Positions 19,391 to 30,702 are shown, counted from the first letter of the stretch. The stretch: 64,000 bases of DNA from Halobacteriovoraceae bacterium (GCA_963719505.1 CAVRCF010000001.1:1-64000), one strand, 5' to 3'. Made by a program: numbers and translations. Notes: generated by a model from the letters alone, not told the origin.

Positions 19391-20389
19391 ATGAATCTAC
19401 TAAAGACACTTTTAAAGTTCCTTGTGGCCTTTGCCCTTATATATTGGCTAGTTAATTCTGGAAAGCTTGATTTTTCCATTTTAACTGAAGTCCTAAAGAG
19501 TCCCTTAAGAGTCCTCATCGCAGGGCTTGGGATGCTTTTTGTCTTATGCCTGGTGAATGTACGCTACCGACTTATTCTTTCTCATAAGTCCGAAGTTAAA
19601 ATCCCCTTTTTTAGACTTCTCAAATACAACTGGATAGGCATGTTTTTTAACTCTGTTTTACCTGGAAGTGTGAGCGGAGACTTTGTTAAAATTTTCTATA
19701 TAAAAGATGAAGATCACAGCCTCACGAATAAGTTTATGTTGGGGTCAATCATCATCGATCGCGTGCTGGGACTTTTTGGCCTCATTATTATTTTAGGGCT
19801 CTTTACTGTTTTTAATTATACAGAGCTTTCAAGTTTTTCTCCTGATATTAAAAAGCTTCTGGATTTCAATTTATTTTTATTTTCCTGCGTTATCTTGGGA
19901 CTTCTCTCTCTTTTCTACTTCCAAGATCTTCCCTCCTTAATCGTAAAGCCTTTTCGTCGTTACTCACTATTAGATAAAGTTTCGATCAAGCTTCTTGGAA
20001 TATGGGATGATCTTTGTGACTTTAAAAATAGAATGGTTTATCTCACCTTGATTAGTACCTTCTTACAGCTTTTTGCCGTCATCATTTTCTGGTTTATAAC
20101 CAAAGAATTCGCTCAAGGAGATTTTCCTATCAAGTACGCCTTCTCTATCATTCCGGTGGGATTTGTAGCGATCTCTATTCCGATTGCTCCCTCTGGGCTA
20201 GGTGTTGGACATGCGGTTTTCCACACTCTGTTAGGCTATATAGGTATCAAAAATGGAGCGGATCTCTTTAATATTTATTTCTTTTTAGTTTTAACTTTTA
20301 ATCTGTTAGGAGCTATTCCTTACCTTTTATCAAAGTCTAAAAAACAAATATCTTTTCAAAATTTAGATGACCATAGTGAAGAGATTTAA
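19391..20389 (+). CDS. Lysylphosphatidylglycerol synthase TM-domain (UPF0104) membrane protein
   Basis: GMFFNSVLPGSVSGD, DRVLG, PIAPSGLGVG; multiple TM helices. Confidence 0.85.
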   Translation: MNLLKTLLKFLVAFALIYWLVNSGKLDFSILTEVLKSPLRVLIAGLGMLFVLCLVNVRYRLILSHKSEVKIPFFRLLKYNWIGMFFNSVLPGSVSGDFVKIFYIKDEDHSLTNKFMLGSIIIDRVLGLFGLIIILGLFTVFNYTELSSFSPDIKKLLDFNLFLFSCVILGLLSLFYFQDLPSLIVKPFRRYSLLDKVSIKLLGIWDDLCDFKNRMVYLTLISTFLQLFAVIIFWFITKEFAQGDFPIKYAFSIIPVGFVAISIPIAPSGLGVGHAVFHTLLGYIGIKNGADLFNIYFFLVLTFNLLGAIPYLLSKSKKQISFQNLDDHSEEI

Positions 20390-20951
20390 CTTTTAACCTT
20401 TCAAGAGTCATGAGAAATTCTTCTTCAGCTTCTCTTGAATTTAGTTTTCTTACTTTTTTGGCCTGTTTTTTCAACTGAGTCAAAACTTCTCTTGGCAGAG
20501 TCGTCACACCTTTAAGAAGATAATTTCTATCCTCAAGACTTACTAGTCTTCCAATAAAAAGATCATCTTCTAAAAGAGCAAGATTACACTCTTCTTTTTT
20601 GAGAACATATTTTTCATCATGAAGAATGTCTTTTAAAACGATTTGCTTTTTAAAGTTAATTTTTACAAATTGAAAAAGGGAAAAATTAATATTGTAGAGG
20701 GATTTAGAAAGATCTGCTTCTAATTCAAAGTTTTGAATATAGTCATCAATGATCCTTCTGTTATCAAGACGGCGAAAGTTAAAAATATACCAATCATTGA
20801 AGGTGTTCATTCTCGACTCGTACTCATTAGTCTCTTCGTCTATTTGCCCGGTCAACTTTGTAAAGTCTTCCTTAGCTTTAACGAGAAGGTCATAGTACTC
20901 ACCTTGAGTATAGATATCCATAATTTTGTCGATATGGTTTTCCAAGTTCAT
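20337..20951 (-). CDS. Hypothetical protein downstream of lepA
   Basis: 204 aa ORF; start overlaps the lepA stop (TAATG). Confidence 0.75.
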   Translation of the reverse strand: MNLENHIDKIMDIYTQGEYYDLLVKAKEDFTKLTGQIDEETNEYESRMNTFNDWYIFNFRRLDNRRIIDDYIQNFELEADLSKSLYNINFSLFQFVKINFKKQIVLKDILHDEKYVLKKEECNLALLEDDLFIGRLVSLEDRNYLLKGVTTLPREVLTQLKKQAKKVRKLNSREAEEEFLMTLERLKVKSLHYGHLNFEKIFVF

Positions 20952-22754
20952 TACTCATCAACCTTTAAAACTGCCAAGAAAGCCTCTTGTGGGATCTCAA
21001 CATTACCAACCATTTTCATTCTCTTCTTTCCATCTTTTTGCTTTTCTAAAAGCTTTCTCTTTCTTGAAATATCCCCACCATAACATTTGGCAAGAACGTT
21101 TTTACGAAGGGCTTTTACAGTTTCTCGGGCTATAATTTTCGTCCCTACAGCTGCTTGAATTGCAATATCAAATTGTTGACGATCAATAATCTTTCTTAGC
21201 TTTCCAACAAGATCACGACCTTTATAATAAGCATTTTCATCGTGACAGATCAACGATAAGGCATCTACTGGATCCCCGTTGAGAAGAATATCAAGTTTTA
21301 CAAGCTTAGACTGAACATTGCCTTTAAACTCGTAATCCATACTCGCATACCCTTTAGTAAGGGATTTTAGTTGATCGTAGAAATCAAAAACCATTTCACT
21401 CAAAGGCAGATCATACATAATTTGTACTCTCTCTTTAGTGATGTATTTCATATCCGTTTGAATTCCACGTCTTTCTTGGCACAGCTTAATGATTTGTCCC
21501 ACATAATCATTGGGAACGTGAATTGATATCTCAACCATCGGCTCTTGAATCATTTCAATTTCACCCATCTCTGGAAGACTGACTTGGGTTACTGACGACA
21601 AGCTCTTCTCCAGATTTTGTCATTACAATATAGCGAACACTTGGAGCTGTAGAGATAAGGTTGAGATCAAATTCTCGCTCTAACCTTTCTTGAATAATAC
21701 TCATGTGCAGAAGACCTAAGAATCCACAGCGATACCCAAGACCTAGCGCCTGAGAACTCTCCGGCTCATAAGTAAAAGAAGAGTCATTAAGAGCTAATTT
21801 TTCAAGAGCGTCTTTTAACGTTTCATAGTCTTCACTGGCCACCGGGAAGATTCCACAAAAAACCATGGGCTTTACTTCTTTGTATCCAGCCAGTGACGGA
21901 GTATTTCTCTTCTTATCCATGACTATGGTGTCACCGATTTTTATATCTCTTAGCTCTTTAATCCCACAGATAACCATTCCAACTTCACCTGCTGAGAGTT
22001 CTTGTTTCTCAGTATAAAATGGAGTGTTAACCGCAAGACTAATGATTTCATAAGACTTATCTGAATGCTTAAAATAAATTTTATCTTTATTTCTTAATTC
22101 GACCGTGCATCATTCTGACAAGAATAATAACCCCACGATAGGGATCAAACCAGGAGTCAAAAATAAGTCCTTGTGTATCTTTATCTGCATCTCCCATTGG
22201 AGGAGGAATAACTTCAACAATTTTTTCTAATAACTCAGCAATGCCCAGATCCACTTTTGGCAGACACCAGAGGTGCCTGACTTGCATCAATTCCTATAAT
22301 CTCTTCAATTTCAGCTCTTACACTTTCAGGATCTGCGTGAGGAAGGTCGATTTTATTTAAAACGGGCAAGAATCTCTAAATCATTTTCAATGGCCATATA
22401 AACATTGGCCAGTGTTTGCGCCTCGACACCTTGAGAAGCATCTACGACTAAAAGAGCGCCATCACAAGAGGCAAGAGATCTAGAAACTTCGTACGAGAAA
22501 TCCACGTGACCTGGAGTATCGATAAGATTTAAATCGTACTTCTGACCATCTTTGGCAATGTATTCAATTCTTACGGTTTGGGCTTTAATGGTAATCCCAC
22601 GTTCTTTTTCAATATCCATATTATCGAGAAGACGCTCTTTCATCTCTCTGTCTGTAACGGAGTTAGTCTCTTGGATAAGTCTGTCCGCAAGAGTCGATTT
22701 ACCGTGATCGATATGAGCAATAATTGAAAAATTTCGAATATGTTTATTACTCAC
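20951..22754 (-). CDS. lepA: Elongation factor 4 (LepA), broken by four single-base insertions (probably sequencing errors)
   Basis: [57 protein letters not shown]; frame restored by removing single bases near 22367, 22249, 22089 and 21579. Confidence 0.95.
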
Positions 22755-22846
22755 TAGTGCCTTTTACTGCCTTGATTTGATGCCACAGAATACACGAGGA
22801 GCATGAATTATTCAACTAGAGGAGTGGACTTATTTTTAAGCTGACG

Positions 22847-24026
22847 CTACGCAAACATCTCCGAAGAAAGGATCATCATATAGTAATCCAAAGAAGACTC
22901 TTTCGCTCTAATAGGAATAACATTGGCATACCCGTTAAAGACTTCGACTTCTTTCTCCACTTCAATCGTCTCACCCTCGTCATCTTCCATTTCGGTTTTG
23001 ACTTTGTGAGTAATGATAATCTCAGCGTTGTCTATCTTCGCTCTTCTTTTCAGGGCCAATTCGTAAGCCTCTTTTATTGAGTCTGGGATTGAGGTGTCTT
23101 CCATTTTCTTACTAAGGATATCTTCTGACTCAACATTTAAGATTTTATACATCTGGTTATTGAGATAAATAAGCTCTCCATTAGCATTTGCGATCAGAAC
23201 ATTTTTCTTAATCATATTCGCTAGAATATCAAACTTACTATGCTCAACTGAAATACGATCTGTCCGAAGCTCTTCGAAATATTTCATATTTGAGATCATT
23301 TTATTAATCTCCCCGGCTAAGTTCACCAATCTCATCGTCTTGGTTATAATAGATGGAGACATCAAAGTTACAGTCTTGCAGTTCTCTGACAGCATCATTA
23401 ATTTTTTTAAAAGGCAGTGCAATTCTTCCTGGAATAACAAGACTCATTAAAATGGTAATAAGAAAAGTGATAATCAAAACGATCAACATATACCGTCTGG
23501 TCTCAGAGATAATTGTTTTGATTTGTTTATCTCTTTGTTCGTTTTGATAGTACTGCATATCTTGAAACTCAGAAAATGCATCGAGAATTTTATCTGCCAA
23601 CTCTCCTATCGTATAAATTCCAGCTTTATCTCTTTTACTAAAAAGTGAGACTTTACTCAGTAACGTTTTCAACGAGTCAACGTAGCCAATCATTTTGGAG
23701 ATGGTTGTTTTGACTTCGACTTCGTTATAAAAAGAATCCAATCTTTGCAACTGAGAGTGAAAGCCATCACATAGAGCGTTTAGTTTATCGAGATCTTCTT
23801 CCGTCGCTTGATTGGTAAGAATTTTTTTTTGCATCTTTAAAATTGACACAGCAGAGATTCTAACTTCATCGGTCAAGAGACTGATCTGATTTGTATTAAT
23901 GGTAATATCTTCAATTTGCTTATTTAGAGAATTAAGAAAGTAGAAGACGGTAAAACCAATGGCCAACACCATGGCATTGGCGACAATAAAACTTCCTGAA
24001 ATTCTATTTTTTAACGATAAGTTCAT
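22847..24026 (-). CDS. Membrane sensor with periplasmic helical, HAMP and PAS-like domains, no kinase (one apparent frameshift)
   Basis: Two TM helices, P...DDEIGELA..IN.M HAMP after removing one base near 23319, then VLIANANGELIYLN PAS-like; stops without H-box or ATPase. Confidence 0.7.
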
Positions 24027-24035
24027 TTTATTTCC

Positions 24036-24732
24036 TTAACTTTCCGCTAATTCAGCAAAGAGCTTGTTAAAATTCTCTTCACTTCCCACTAAAACCACAA
24101 TATCGTCAGCTTCAATAACATCCATTGGAAGCGGACTATCATTAATCTCAACTTTGAAAGCTGACTTTCCCTCTTCTGTTATATAAGGAACTCTTTTTTG
24201 TAGAGCCTACTATATTTAATGAATAGTTTTGTCTAATTTGAGACTCAACAAGAGTTTTCCCTTCAAACTTTTTACCAAGTTTAATCTCAACAATAGAATA
24301 ACCAGCAGCAAAGTTATACCGCTGAAGGACGTGAGGAGCAACAATTTTTGAAGCGACAATCTCTCCCATCTCCTCTTCAACTTTGACAATTTCACTGGCC
24401 CCAATCTCTGATAAAACATGCTCATGAAGTTTATTTGTGGCCCTCGCAATAATCTTTCCGACACCCAGTTTTCTCAGCATCGCGACGGCTAGAATACTCA
24501 TTTCAATATCATCACCAATAGCGACGATGGCAACATCGACATCTGAGATATTTGTTGCCCTTATCGACCTCTCCTCGGTGACATCAACACAAATAGCATG
24601 AGTGACTCGGTCTTTGATTTTATCCACTAGTTCTTGATCACTATCAATGGCAATAACTTCAGCTCCTTTTTCAAAGAGTCTGGTCGCTGTTTTAGCTCCA
24701 AATGTACCAAGTCCAATAACTGTAACAATCAT
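24036..24732 (-). CDS. trkA: TrkA/KtrA K+ uptake RCK subunit (one apparent frameshift)
   Basis: VIGLGTFG Rossmann motif; removing one base near 24207 extends the TrkA_C domain to TAA at 24036. Confidence 0.85.
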
Positions 24733-24735
24733 AAC

Positions 24736-26472
24736 TTATCCTATTAAAATCCTACCATCGGGATATTCAATTTTTCCTTCTGCTTTTCTATTGCGTCCAA
24801 TGGCAAGTGCCAAAGTTAATGGACCCACTCTGCCAATAAACATCAGGACTATTAAGCAGAGTTTTCCAGCTGCCGTCAAATATGGTGTCACTCCAAGGGA
24901 GAGACCAACCGTTGCAAAGGCACTTACCATCTCAAAAAAGAGGGACAAGAAGTCGTGTTCCGTCTCAATTCTCATCATTAGAAGAATAAAAAAGGAGACG
25001 ATCATTAAAGAGATAATAATAATGGCCGTTGCCCTTACGACAACAGCATTGGGCACAGTTCGATCAAAAAATTCAACTCGCTCTTTTCCTTTTAAAGTGG
25101 CCTTTACGGACTGAAATAGGATCGCAAAAGTTGTGGTTTTTATTCCGCCACCGGTCGAGCCAGGACTTGCACCAATAAACATAATCAAACAGAATAAATA
25201 AAGAGAGTGTGGATGGAGGTCATTAAGGGGAAGTGTATTAAAGCCCGCTGTTCTCGTTGTAATTGACTGGAACAAAGAGACTTGAATTTGTTCAAATAAA
25301 CTCATTCCATTAAGAGCATGAATATATTCACTAAAGAAAATATAGACCGCGACTCCACCGATGAGTGCCAAACTTGTCGAGAAAACAATCTTTGAATGCA
25401 CTGATAGATTAACGAGTTTTCTTTTTCTAAAAAGAATCGATTCAAGTTCTTTTAAAACAATAAAACCAAGTCCCCCCAAAATGATAAGGGTCGACACTGT
25501 TCCATGAATCAAAGGACTGGATGCAAAATTTTCTAGCGAATTATTAAAAAGTGCAAACCCAGCATTACAAAAAGCGGAGATGCTGTGAAAGATTCCATAA
25601 TAGAGTGATTGTCCAAAATCATAACCTTCCATGGTGAAGCCAATCGTTAAAATAATAGCTCCGAAAAGCTCGATCACAAGAGTGTATTTAATAATATCCA
25701 CAATCATGGCTAGAAGATCTTCAAAAGAAGAAATATCCAAAAGGTCTTGCATCATGACCTGATTTTTTACGGCCAAAGACTTTCCAAGAAGAATTGTCAT
25801 AGAACTTGAAAGGGTCATAAACCCCAGACCACCAATTTGAATGAGTAAAAGAGTGATAACCTGTCCAATAAAACTGAAATTATCTAAAAGGGAGAGAGTT
25901 GATAGACCTGTTACACAAGTCGCACTGGTCGCTGTGAAAAAGGCATCCACCAAACCGATGCTCTTTCCTTCAGCAGCTGAAATAGGAAGTGCTAGTAGCA
26001 AAGTTCCAATTAAGATAATGCCTGAAAAAGATAAAATAACGATTTGAGCAGGCGCAAGTTTCAAGCGATCAATCACTGTAAGATTACCGTCACCTCTTTC
26101 AATAACATTCTTCTTTGCGGTCTTTACTTCATATAAAGACAAAACAGTTGAAAACAGATGAACAGCACTTAACCAGAAACAAAACTCAACATCACCATAG
26201 GTGATCAAAAGCGGGATAAAAATTATCAATGAAAAAATATGTTTTCTTACGAAGTCATCAAAGCCCGAACTATTTCGATAGAAATTAAAGATCGTTCCCA
26301 ACACAAAGATTGGAGCAATATAAGTAAACACCATAAGTGTCGCTTGCAAATGGTCTGAGCTTAAAATAGAGTGGCCAATCTTCCCAGAGTTGGAAAGCGA
26401 ATAGAGCATAAGAAACAGTCCGTTAATTATTAACTCTAAGAGATATGGCAATTTGTGATATAGTCTATTCAT
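24736..26472 (-). CDS. trkH: TrkH/KtrB K+ uptake membrane subunit
   Basis: ATSATCVTGL, SAFCNAGF, TRTAGF, GSTGGGIK, SAFATVGLS pore loops. Confidence 0.92.
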   Translation of the reverse strand: MNRLYHKLPYLLELIINGLFLMLYSLSNSGKIGHSILSSDHLQATLMVFTYIAPIFVLGTIFNFYRNSSGFDDFVRKHIFSLIIFIPLLITYGDVEFCFWLSAVHLFSTVLSLYEVKTAKKNVIERGDGNLTVIDRLKLAPAQIVILSFSGIILIGTLLLALPISAAEGKSIGLVDAFFTATSATCVTGLSTLSLLDNFSFIGQVITLLLIQIGGLGFMTLSSSMTILLGKSLAVKNQVMMQDLLDISSFEDLLAMIVDIIKYTLVIELFGAIILTIGFTMEGYDFGQSLYYGIFHSISAFCNAGFALFNNSLENFASSPLIHGTVSTLIILGGLGFIVLKELESILFRKRKLVNLSVHSKIVFSTSLALIGGVAVYIFFSEYIHALNGMSLFEQIQVSLFQSITTRTAGFNTLPLNDLHPHSLYLFCLIMFIGASPGSTGGGIKTTTFAILFQSVKATLKGKERVEFFDRTVPNAVVVRATAIIIISLMIVSFFILLMMRIETEHDFLSLFFEMVSAFATVGLSLGVTPYLTAAGKLCLIVLMFIGRVGPLTLALAIGRNRKAEGKIEYPDGRILIG

Positions 26473-26522
26473 AATATAATTAGTATTTTACGCTTTTTTA
26501 AATTTTTTACACCCAAGAAAAT

Positions 26523-27614
26523 ATGACTATAATCAATAAGATAGAATTTATAATTGACCATATTGATCCACTAGGACAAGGCGTTTATAAAAAAGATGAT
26601 CAAATCTACTTTATTCCCAAAACACTTACAGGAGAAACAGGATCCGCTGAAATATTAAAGAGAAAAAAAGGTGTCCATTTTTGTAAGGTTATAGAGCTTT
26701 ATAAAGAATCAGTCAAAAGAGTCGCCCCCGCTTGTCCCCATTATGAGATTTGTAATGGCTGTCATTTCCAGCACACTACATATGACCATGAAATAGAGTT
26801 AAAAAAAGCTAGCTTTGAACGAATGCTTGCCCCTTTGCGTTTTTCTGCCCCTATAGAAGTTCTTTTAACGGATCAAAGAACGCAGTATAGAAATCGTATT
26901 CAGCTGCATTATCATAAAAAAGCACAGGTTTTGGGTTTTAAGGACTCTAAAAATAAAATTATTGACGTGAGAAACTGCCTGATCAGTGAGCCCCAAGTTC
27001 AAGTGGAGACTCAAAAGCTTTATCAAGACAATAATTGGCTAAAGATGGCCCCAAAAGAAAACACAGGCCATGTCGAGATCTATCACTCTCCTCAAGGATT
27101 AAAAACCACTTGGAATCAGCGCTATGCCAGTGGTGGCTTTACTCAAGTCAATAAACAAATGAATGAAAAGATGGTCTCTCAACTCAATTTAAATCTTCAA
27201 GAACACTCTATAGAGAATCTTTTAGACCTTTTTGGCGGGGCTGGAAATCTATCGGATATGTATCCAGATAGGAGATCGGTTGTGGACATTTATCAAAAAA
27301 AAATGCCCGATGAGTTTAGCAGCATTGATCTTCACAGTGAAAATGCCCTTTTAGATTTTCAAAAAGAATCTCATCCATCATTTGATACTTTTATTATTGA
27401 TCCTCCAAGATCTGGATTTCCAGATATTTCAAAGTGGACTTCAGATTACAAACCAAAGCATATTCACTATATAAGCTGCCATCCGCAAACAATGGTGAGA
27501 GATTTGCGCTCTCTTTTGGAGCAAAACGAGTACAAAGTTGAAAAAGTCTACCTTATCGATTTATTCCCCAACACCTTTCATTTTGAAGCTTATGTCTACT
27601 TGAAAAAAGCTTAA
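26523..27614 (+). CDS. RlmD/TrmA-family RNA m5U methyltransferase
   Basis: CPHY..CNGC Fe-S motif, YRNR, FTQVN, DLFGGAG, DPPRSG, YISC, DLFPNT.HFE. Confidence 0.88.
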   Translation: MTIINKIEFIIDHIDPLGQGVYKKDDQIYFIPKTLTGETGSAEILKRKKGVHFCKVIELYKESVKRVAPACPHYEICNGCHFQHTTYDHEIELKKASFERMLAPLRFSAPIEVLLTDQRTQYRNRIQLHYHKKAQVLGFKDSKNKIIDVRNCLISEPQVQVETQKLYQDNNWLKMAPKENTGHVEIYHSPQGLKTTWNQRYASGGFTQVNKQMNEKMVSQLNLNLQEHSIENLLDLFGGAGNLSDMYPDRRSVVDIYQKKMPDEFSSIDLHSENALLDFQKESHPSFDTFIIDPPRSGFPDISKWTSDYKPKHIHYISCHPQTMVRDLRSLLEQNEYKVEKVYLIDLFPNTFHFEAYVYLKKA

Positions 27615-27680
27615 ACATTGTTCAAGGTTTTAAGCTTAAAAGGTTTTACAAAGTGCATCGTAAACTCTTAAAATATAAGA

Positions 27681-28511
27681 ATGAAAAAGCTATCAATAAC
27701 TCTAATGATCCTCTTAATATCCCTCTCTTGCGCCACTAAAAAGAACGCCAAGACTTCCGATGAAAGAAAAGCAAATTTGTACTACACTCAAGGAACCCAA
27801 AATCTTCTTGATGCCCAGTATACTGAAGCTTTAAAGAATTTATTAGAATCGTATAAGTACAGACCAGATGATACAAAAACTCTCAATAATCTTGGAATGG
27901 CTTATTATTTTAAAAAGAGTGTGGGCAACGCCAAAAGATTCTTAAAGAGATCCCTTGAAGTTGATCCAAAAAATTCTGATGCACGCATGAATTTGGCCAA
28001 TATTTATATGGAGCAAAATGATTTTGCCGCAGCTGAAACTCAGTATAAGAGAATTTTACAAGACCTTATTTTTGCAAAGCAATTCAAAACCTTTCATAAC
28101 TTGGCCAAACTCGAGCTTAAAAAAAATAACAAAGCTCAAGCAAAGCAGTACTTGGCAAAAAGTATTGAAGCCAACGAAAACTATTGTCCTGCTTTCTTTG
28201 ACCTTGGGACCATGCAAATGGAAGAGGGTGAGTTTGCTAAAGCTGAAAGAAACTTCAAAGAAGCCAGCATGGGTCTTTGCTACAAGAAACCAGAACCTAG
28301 GTTTTTAAGGGCCAAAGCACTGGTTCAAATGAATCAATACTTTGAGGCAACACAAATACTAGAGGCAATGACCGAGACTTTTGCCATGACAAAATGGGAG
28401 CAGATTGCAAGAAAGGGAATAGATAAAATTAAAAAGGCTCATAATAAGAAAGTCTTAAACACTCTTGAGGCAAAAAATACCAAAAAGACAATTCTATCCC
28501 CAGACTTTTAA
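27681..28511 (+). CDS. TPR lipoprotein, PilF/PilW/Tgl-like
   Basis: Lipobox SLSC, tandem TPRs (NNLGMAY, MNLANIY), position upstream of rodZ. Confidence 0.75.
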   Translation: MKKLSITLMILLISLSCATKKNAKTSDERKANLYYTQGTQNLLDAQYTEALKNLLESYKYRPDDTKTLNNLGMAYYFKKSVGNAKRFLKRSLEVDPKNSDARMNLANIYMEQNDFAAAETQYKRILQDLIFAKQFKTFHNLAKLELKKNNKAQAKQYLAKSIEANENYCPAFFDLGTMQMEEGEFAKAERNFKEASMGLCYKKPEPRFLRAKALVQMNQYFEATQILEAMTETFAMTKWEQIARKGIDKIKKAHNKKVLNTLEAKNTKKTILSPDF

Positions 28512-28541
28512 TTCTCCCAATATTTGCTATCATATTGAAAT

Positions 28542-29735
28542 ATGGAAAATAAAATAGTTGGACAGCTTTTAAAAGAAGCGCGCGAAGCAAAAAATTTATC
28601 AATTGAAGACGTTGCTAAAAAAACGAAAATCAATTTAAACCTCTTAAAGCATTTAGAGGCCAATCACTTGGATAAACTTCCAAATAAAACCTATGTTCGT
28701 GGTTTTGTGAAGAACTATGCCAAACTTGTTGGTATCGATAAGGACTTGGCCCTTGCAAGCCTAGATGAAAGTTACGGCGACTCAAAAATTAAAAAACCAA
28801 CTCCTACTATAGAAGAATCCAATAATATTGAAGAAAAACAAAGAAGAGAAGAGAATACCGATATTCAGGATAATCTCAAAAGCATCGTTTCTTCTTTTAT
28901 AAATAAAAAGGTCCTTTACGGGATCGCCGCATTGGTTGTCTTAATCATTGTTGGGAAAAGCCTTGGTGCCTTTTTTACCCAATTAAGTGACGAGCAAGTA
29001 AAAATTGTCAAAGAAGACAAGCCCATCACACCTGAAAGTGAAGATTTGGTTAATCCTGATGTTGTAGCACCAAGCGAAGATGAACTCGTCGCCGACTCTC
29101 CAACTGATCAAGAGGAAAAAGCAAAAGCTCAAGCAGCTCTTGAAGAAAAAAGACTAGCAGAAGAAAAAGCTGCGAAAGAAAAAGAAGAAGAAGAGCAAAG
29201 ATTAAAAGAAGAAGAAGAAAAGAGAGCTCAAGCTGAAGCAGCAAAGAAAAAAGCAGAACAACTAAAGAAAGAACAAAAACTTGACGGCAAATACCCAAAA
29301 GTTGACTTCTACCCTGCCCCTAAAAATATGTATGCAATTGTTCAAGACTCGGAAGAAGCAAAAGATGAAGATATTTTTCCAACCCGCTTTAAACAAGCAA
29401 TGGAAGATAATCTTGAGAATGTTTATATCAAAGCCCAAGATGGTGATTCATGGGTTAGTTATCAATCTGATGAGGATGATATTAAAAGGTTTGTTCTCAA
29501 ACAAGGGCGTTCAGTTCTCATTAAGGGTAAGAAAATTCTTCTTTTTATGGGAAATGTTACAGCATCAAGAATCTTTTATAATGGAAAGTTAATTGAAGTA
29601 AATACAACCTCTGGAGTGAAGTCGCTTATTTTCCCAGAAAGTCTAGCTGCTGAATACCAACTTCCTCTTTTCCCAGCTTATAAAGGCATACCGATCAAAG
29701 CGGATGTCTACAAAGCCAATATGGTTACCGAATAA
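28542..29735 (+). CDS. rodZ: RodZ-like HTH membrane protein
   Basis: GQLLKEARE..LSIEDVA, YVRGFVKNYA, single TM, charged linker, C-terminal DUF4115-like domain. Confidence 0.8.
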   Translation: MENKIVGQLLKEAREAKNLSIEDVAKKTKINLNLLKHLEANHLDKLPNKTYVRGFVKNYAKLVGIDKDLALASLDESYGDSKIKKPTPTIEESNNIEEKQRREENTDIQDNLKSIVSSFINKKVLYGIAALVVLIIVGKSLGAFFTQLSDEQVKIVKEDKPITPESEDLVNPDVVAPSEDELVADSPTDQEEKAKAQAALEEKRLAEEKAAKEKEEEEQRLKEEEEKRAQAEAAKKKAEQLKKEQKLDGKYPKVDFYPAPKNMYAIVQDSEEAKDEDIFPTRFKQAMEDNLENVYIKAQDGDSWVSYQSDEDDIKRFVLKQGRSVLIKGKKILLFMGNVTASRIFYNGKLIEVNTTSGVKSLIFPESLAAEYQLPLFPAYKGIPIKADVYKANMVTE

Positions 29736-29753
29736 AAATTAAAAAATTATTAA

Positions 29754-30620
29754 TTAAGAAATAAGGCGATCTATCTCTTGCATGATTTCTCGTTGAATAT
29801 CAACGGTCTCATCGAGATCAGAGTGCTGTTCTGGACGAAGGAAGTTTTCAACCTTTGTCGTTTTATAATTGATTGCTATATTTGGCCCGTCATCGATAAA
29901 ACTATTATCAGCTGTGAGATAGTTTTTATTGGTTAGGACATTTTGAGGAATAAAGTCATTATTCACGCCAATTGAATTAAGAGTCACAAGAAGATCGACG
30001 GTTCTAAATTTATTTTCAAGTGTATTTAGGTCTTGAGCTATTTCAACTGCTGTATCAGAGCCAAATCCATGCCCTACTAAGATAATAGGCTGATCTTTCT
30101 TTCTCGTTTTTATCTCATCAATCATTTCATTTTTTTGATCCCAGCCATAATATCTGGCTTCGTCAACGGCATCAGTCATTGACTTCATTCCATCTTCTAA
30201 AACATCAAAGTCGAGAGCGCGAAGGCCACCGATAAAAAAGACAGCTGGCTTTTCTACGCTTGCCTTCTCAGCTTTTGGAATTATTTTAGAAGCCTTTTTC
30301 GCTGTATCAACTTTATCAGCAGCCTCTAAAAGATCTGTTGGGTTGGGAATATCTGGAGGCGTTGGAATCTTTTGAAGCTCGACATTTATATCGGAAACTT
30401 CAGACTCAATAGGTGCTGCCTGGGCCACTGGTTTTTCCAAAGGATTAACCTTGGGAGCTTTTATATCTTTACCTAAAAGCTTAGCTTTATCGGATAAGGC
30501 CAGTTTGTAATCAGGATGACTTTTAGGAAGAGCTACTTTTGGACGAAAAGCATTTTTCACTTCTTTTCCATTAATAAGCTTTGTCTTCACCGGTAAATGT
30601 ACATCATCGATTTTACCCAT
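29754..30620 (-). CDS. Hypothetical protein with alpha/beta-hydrolase-like C-terminal domain
   Basis: VFFIGG, ILVGHGFG (GHSxG-like but no Ser), VDLLVTL, C-terminal H; Pro/Lys-rich N-terminus. Confidence 0.6.
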   Translation of the reverse strand: MGKIDDVHLPVKTKLINGKEVKNAFRPKVALPKSHPDYKLALSDKAKLLGKDIKAPKVNPLEKPVAQAAPIESEVSDINVELQKIPTPPDIPNPTDLLEAADKVDTAKKASKIIPKAEKASVEKPAVFFIGGLRALDFDVLEDGMKSMTDAVDEARYYGWDQKNEMIDEIKTRKKDQPIILVGHGFGSDTAVEIAQDLNTLENKFRTVDLLVTLNSIGVNNDFIPQNVLTNKNYLTADNSFIDDGPNIAINYKTTKVENFLRPEQHSDLDETVDIQREIMQEIDRLIS

Positions 30621-30672
30621 AGTCTATTGTAAGCAAAAAGGTCTAGGGTTTTAATAGGGCATAAAATGCTAC

Positions 30673-30694
30673 AAAAAAGCCCTCGATTGAGGGC
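30673..30694 (-). terminator. Rho-independent terminator after parB
   Basis: GCCCTC/GAGGGC hairpin followed by T6 on the minus strand. Confidence 0.7.
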
Positions 30695-30702
30695 CTAAGT
30701 CA

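Noticed and set aside
20951-22754. lepA as a true pseudogene or programmed frameshift gene
   Set aside because: Four single-base insertions without slippery sites in otherwise conserved protein, matching the window-wide error pattern.
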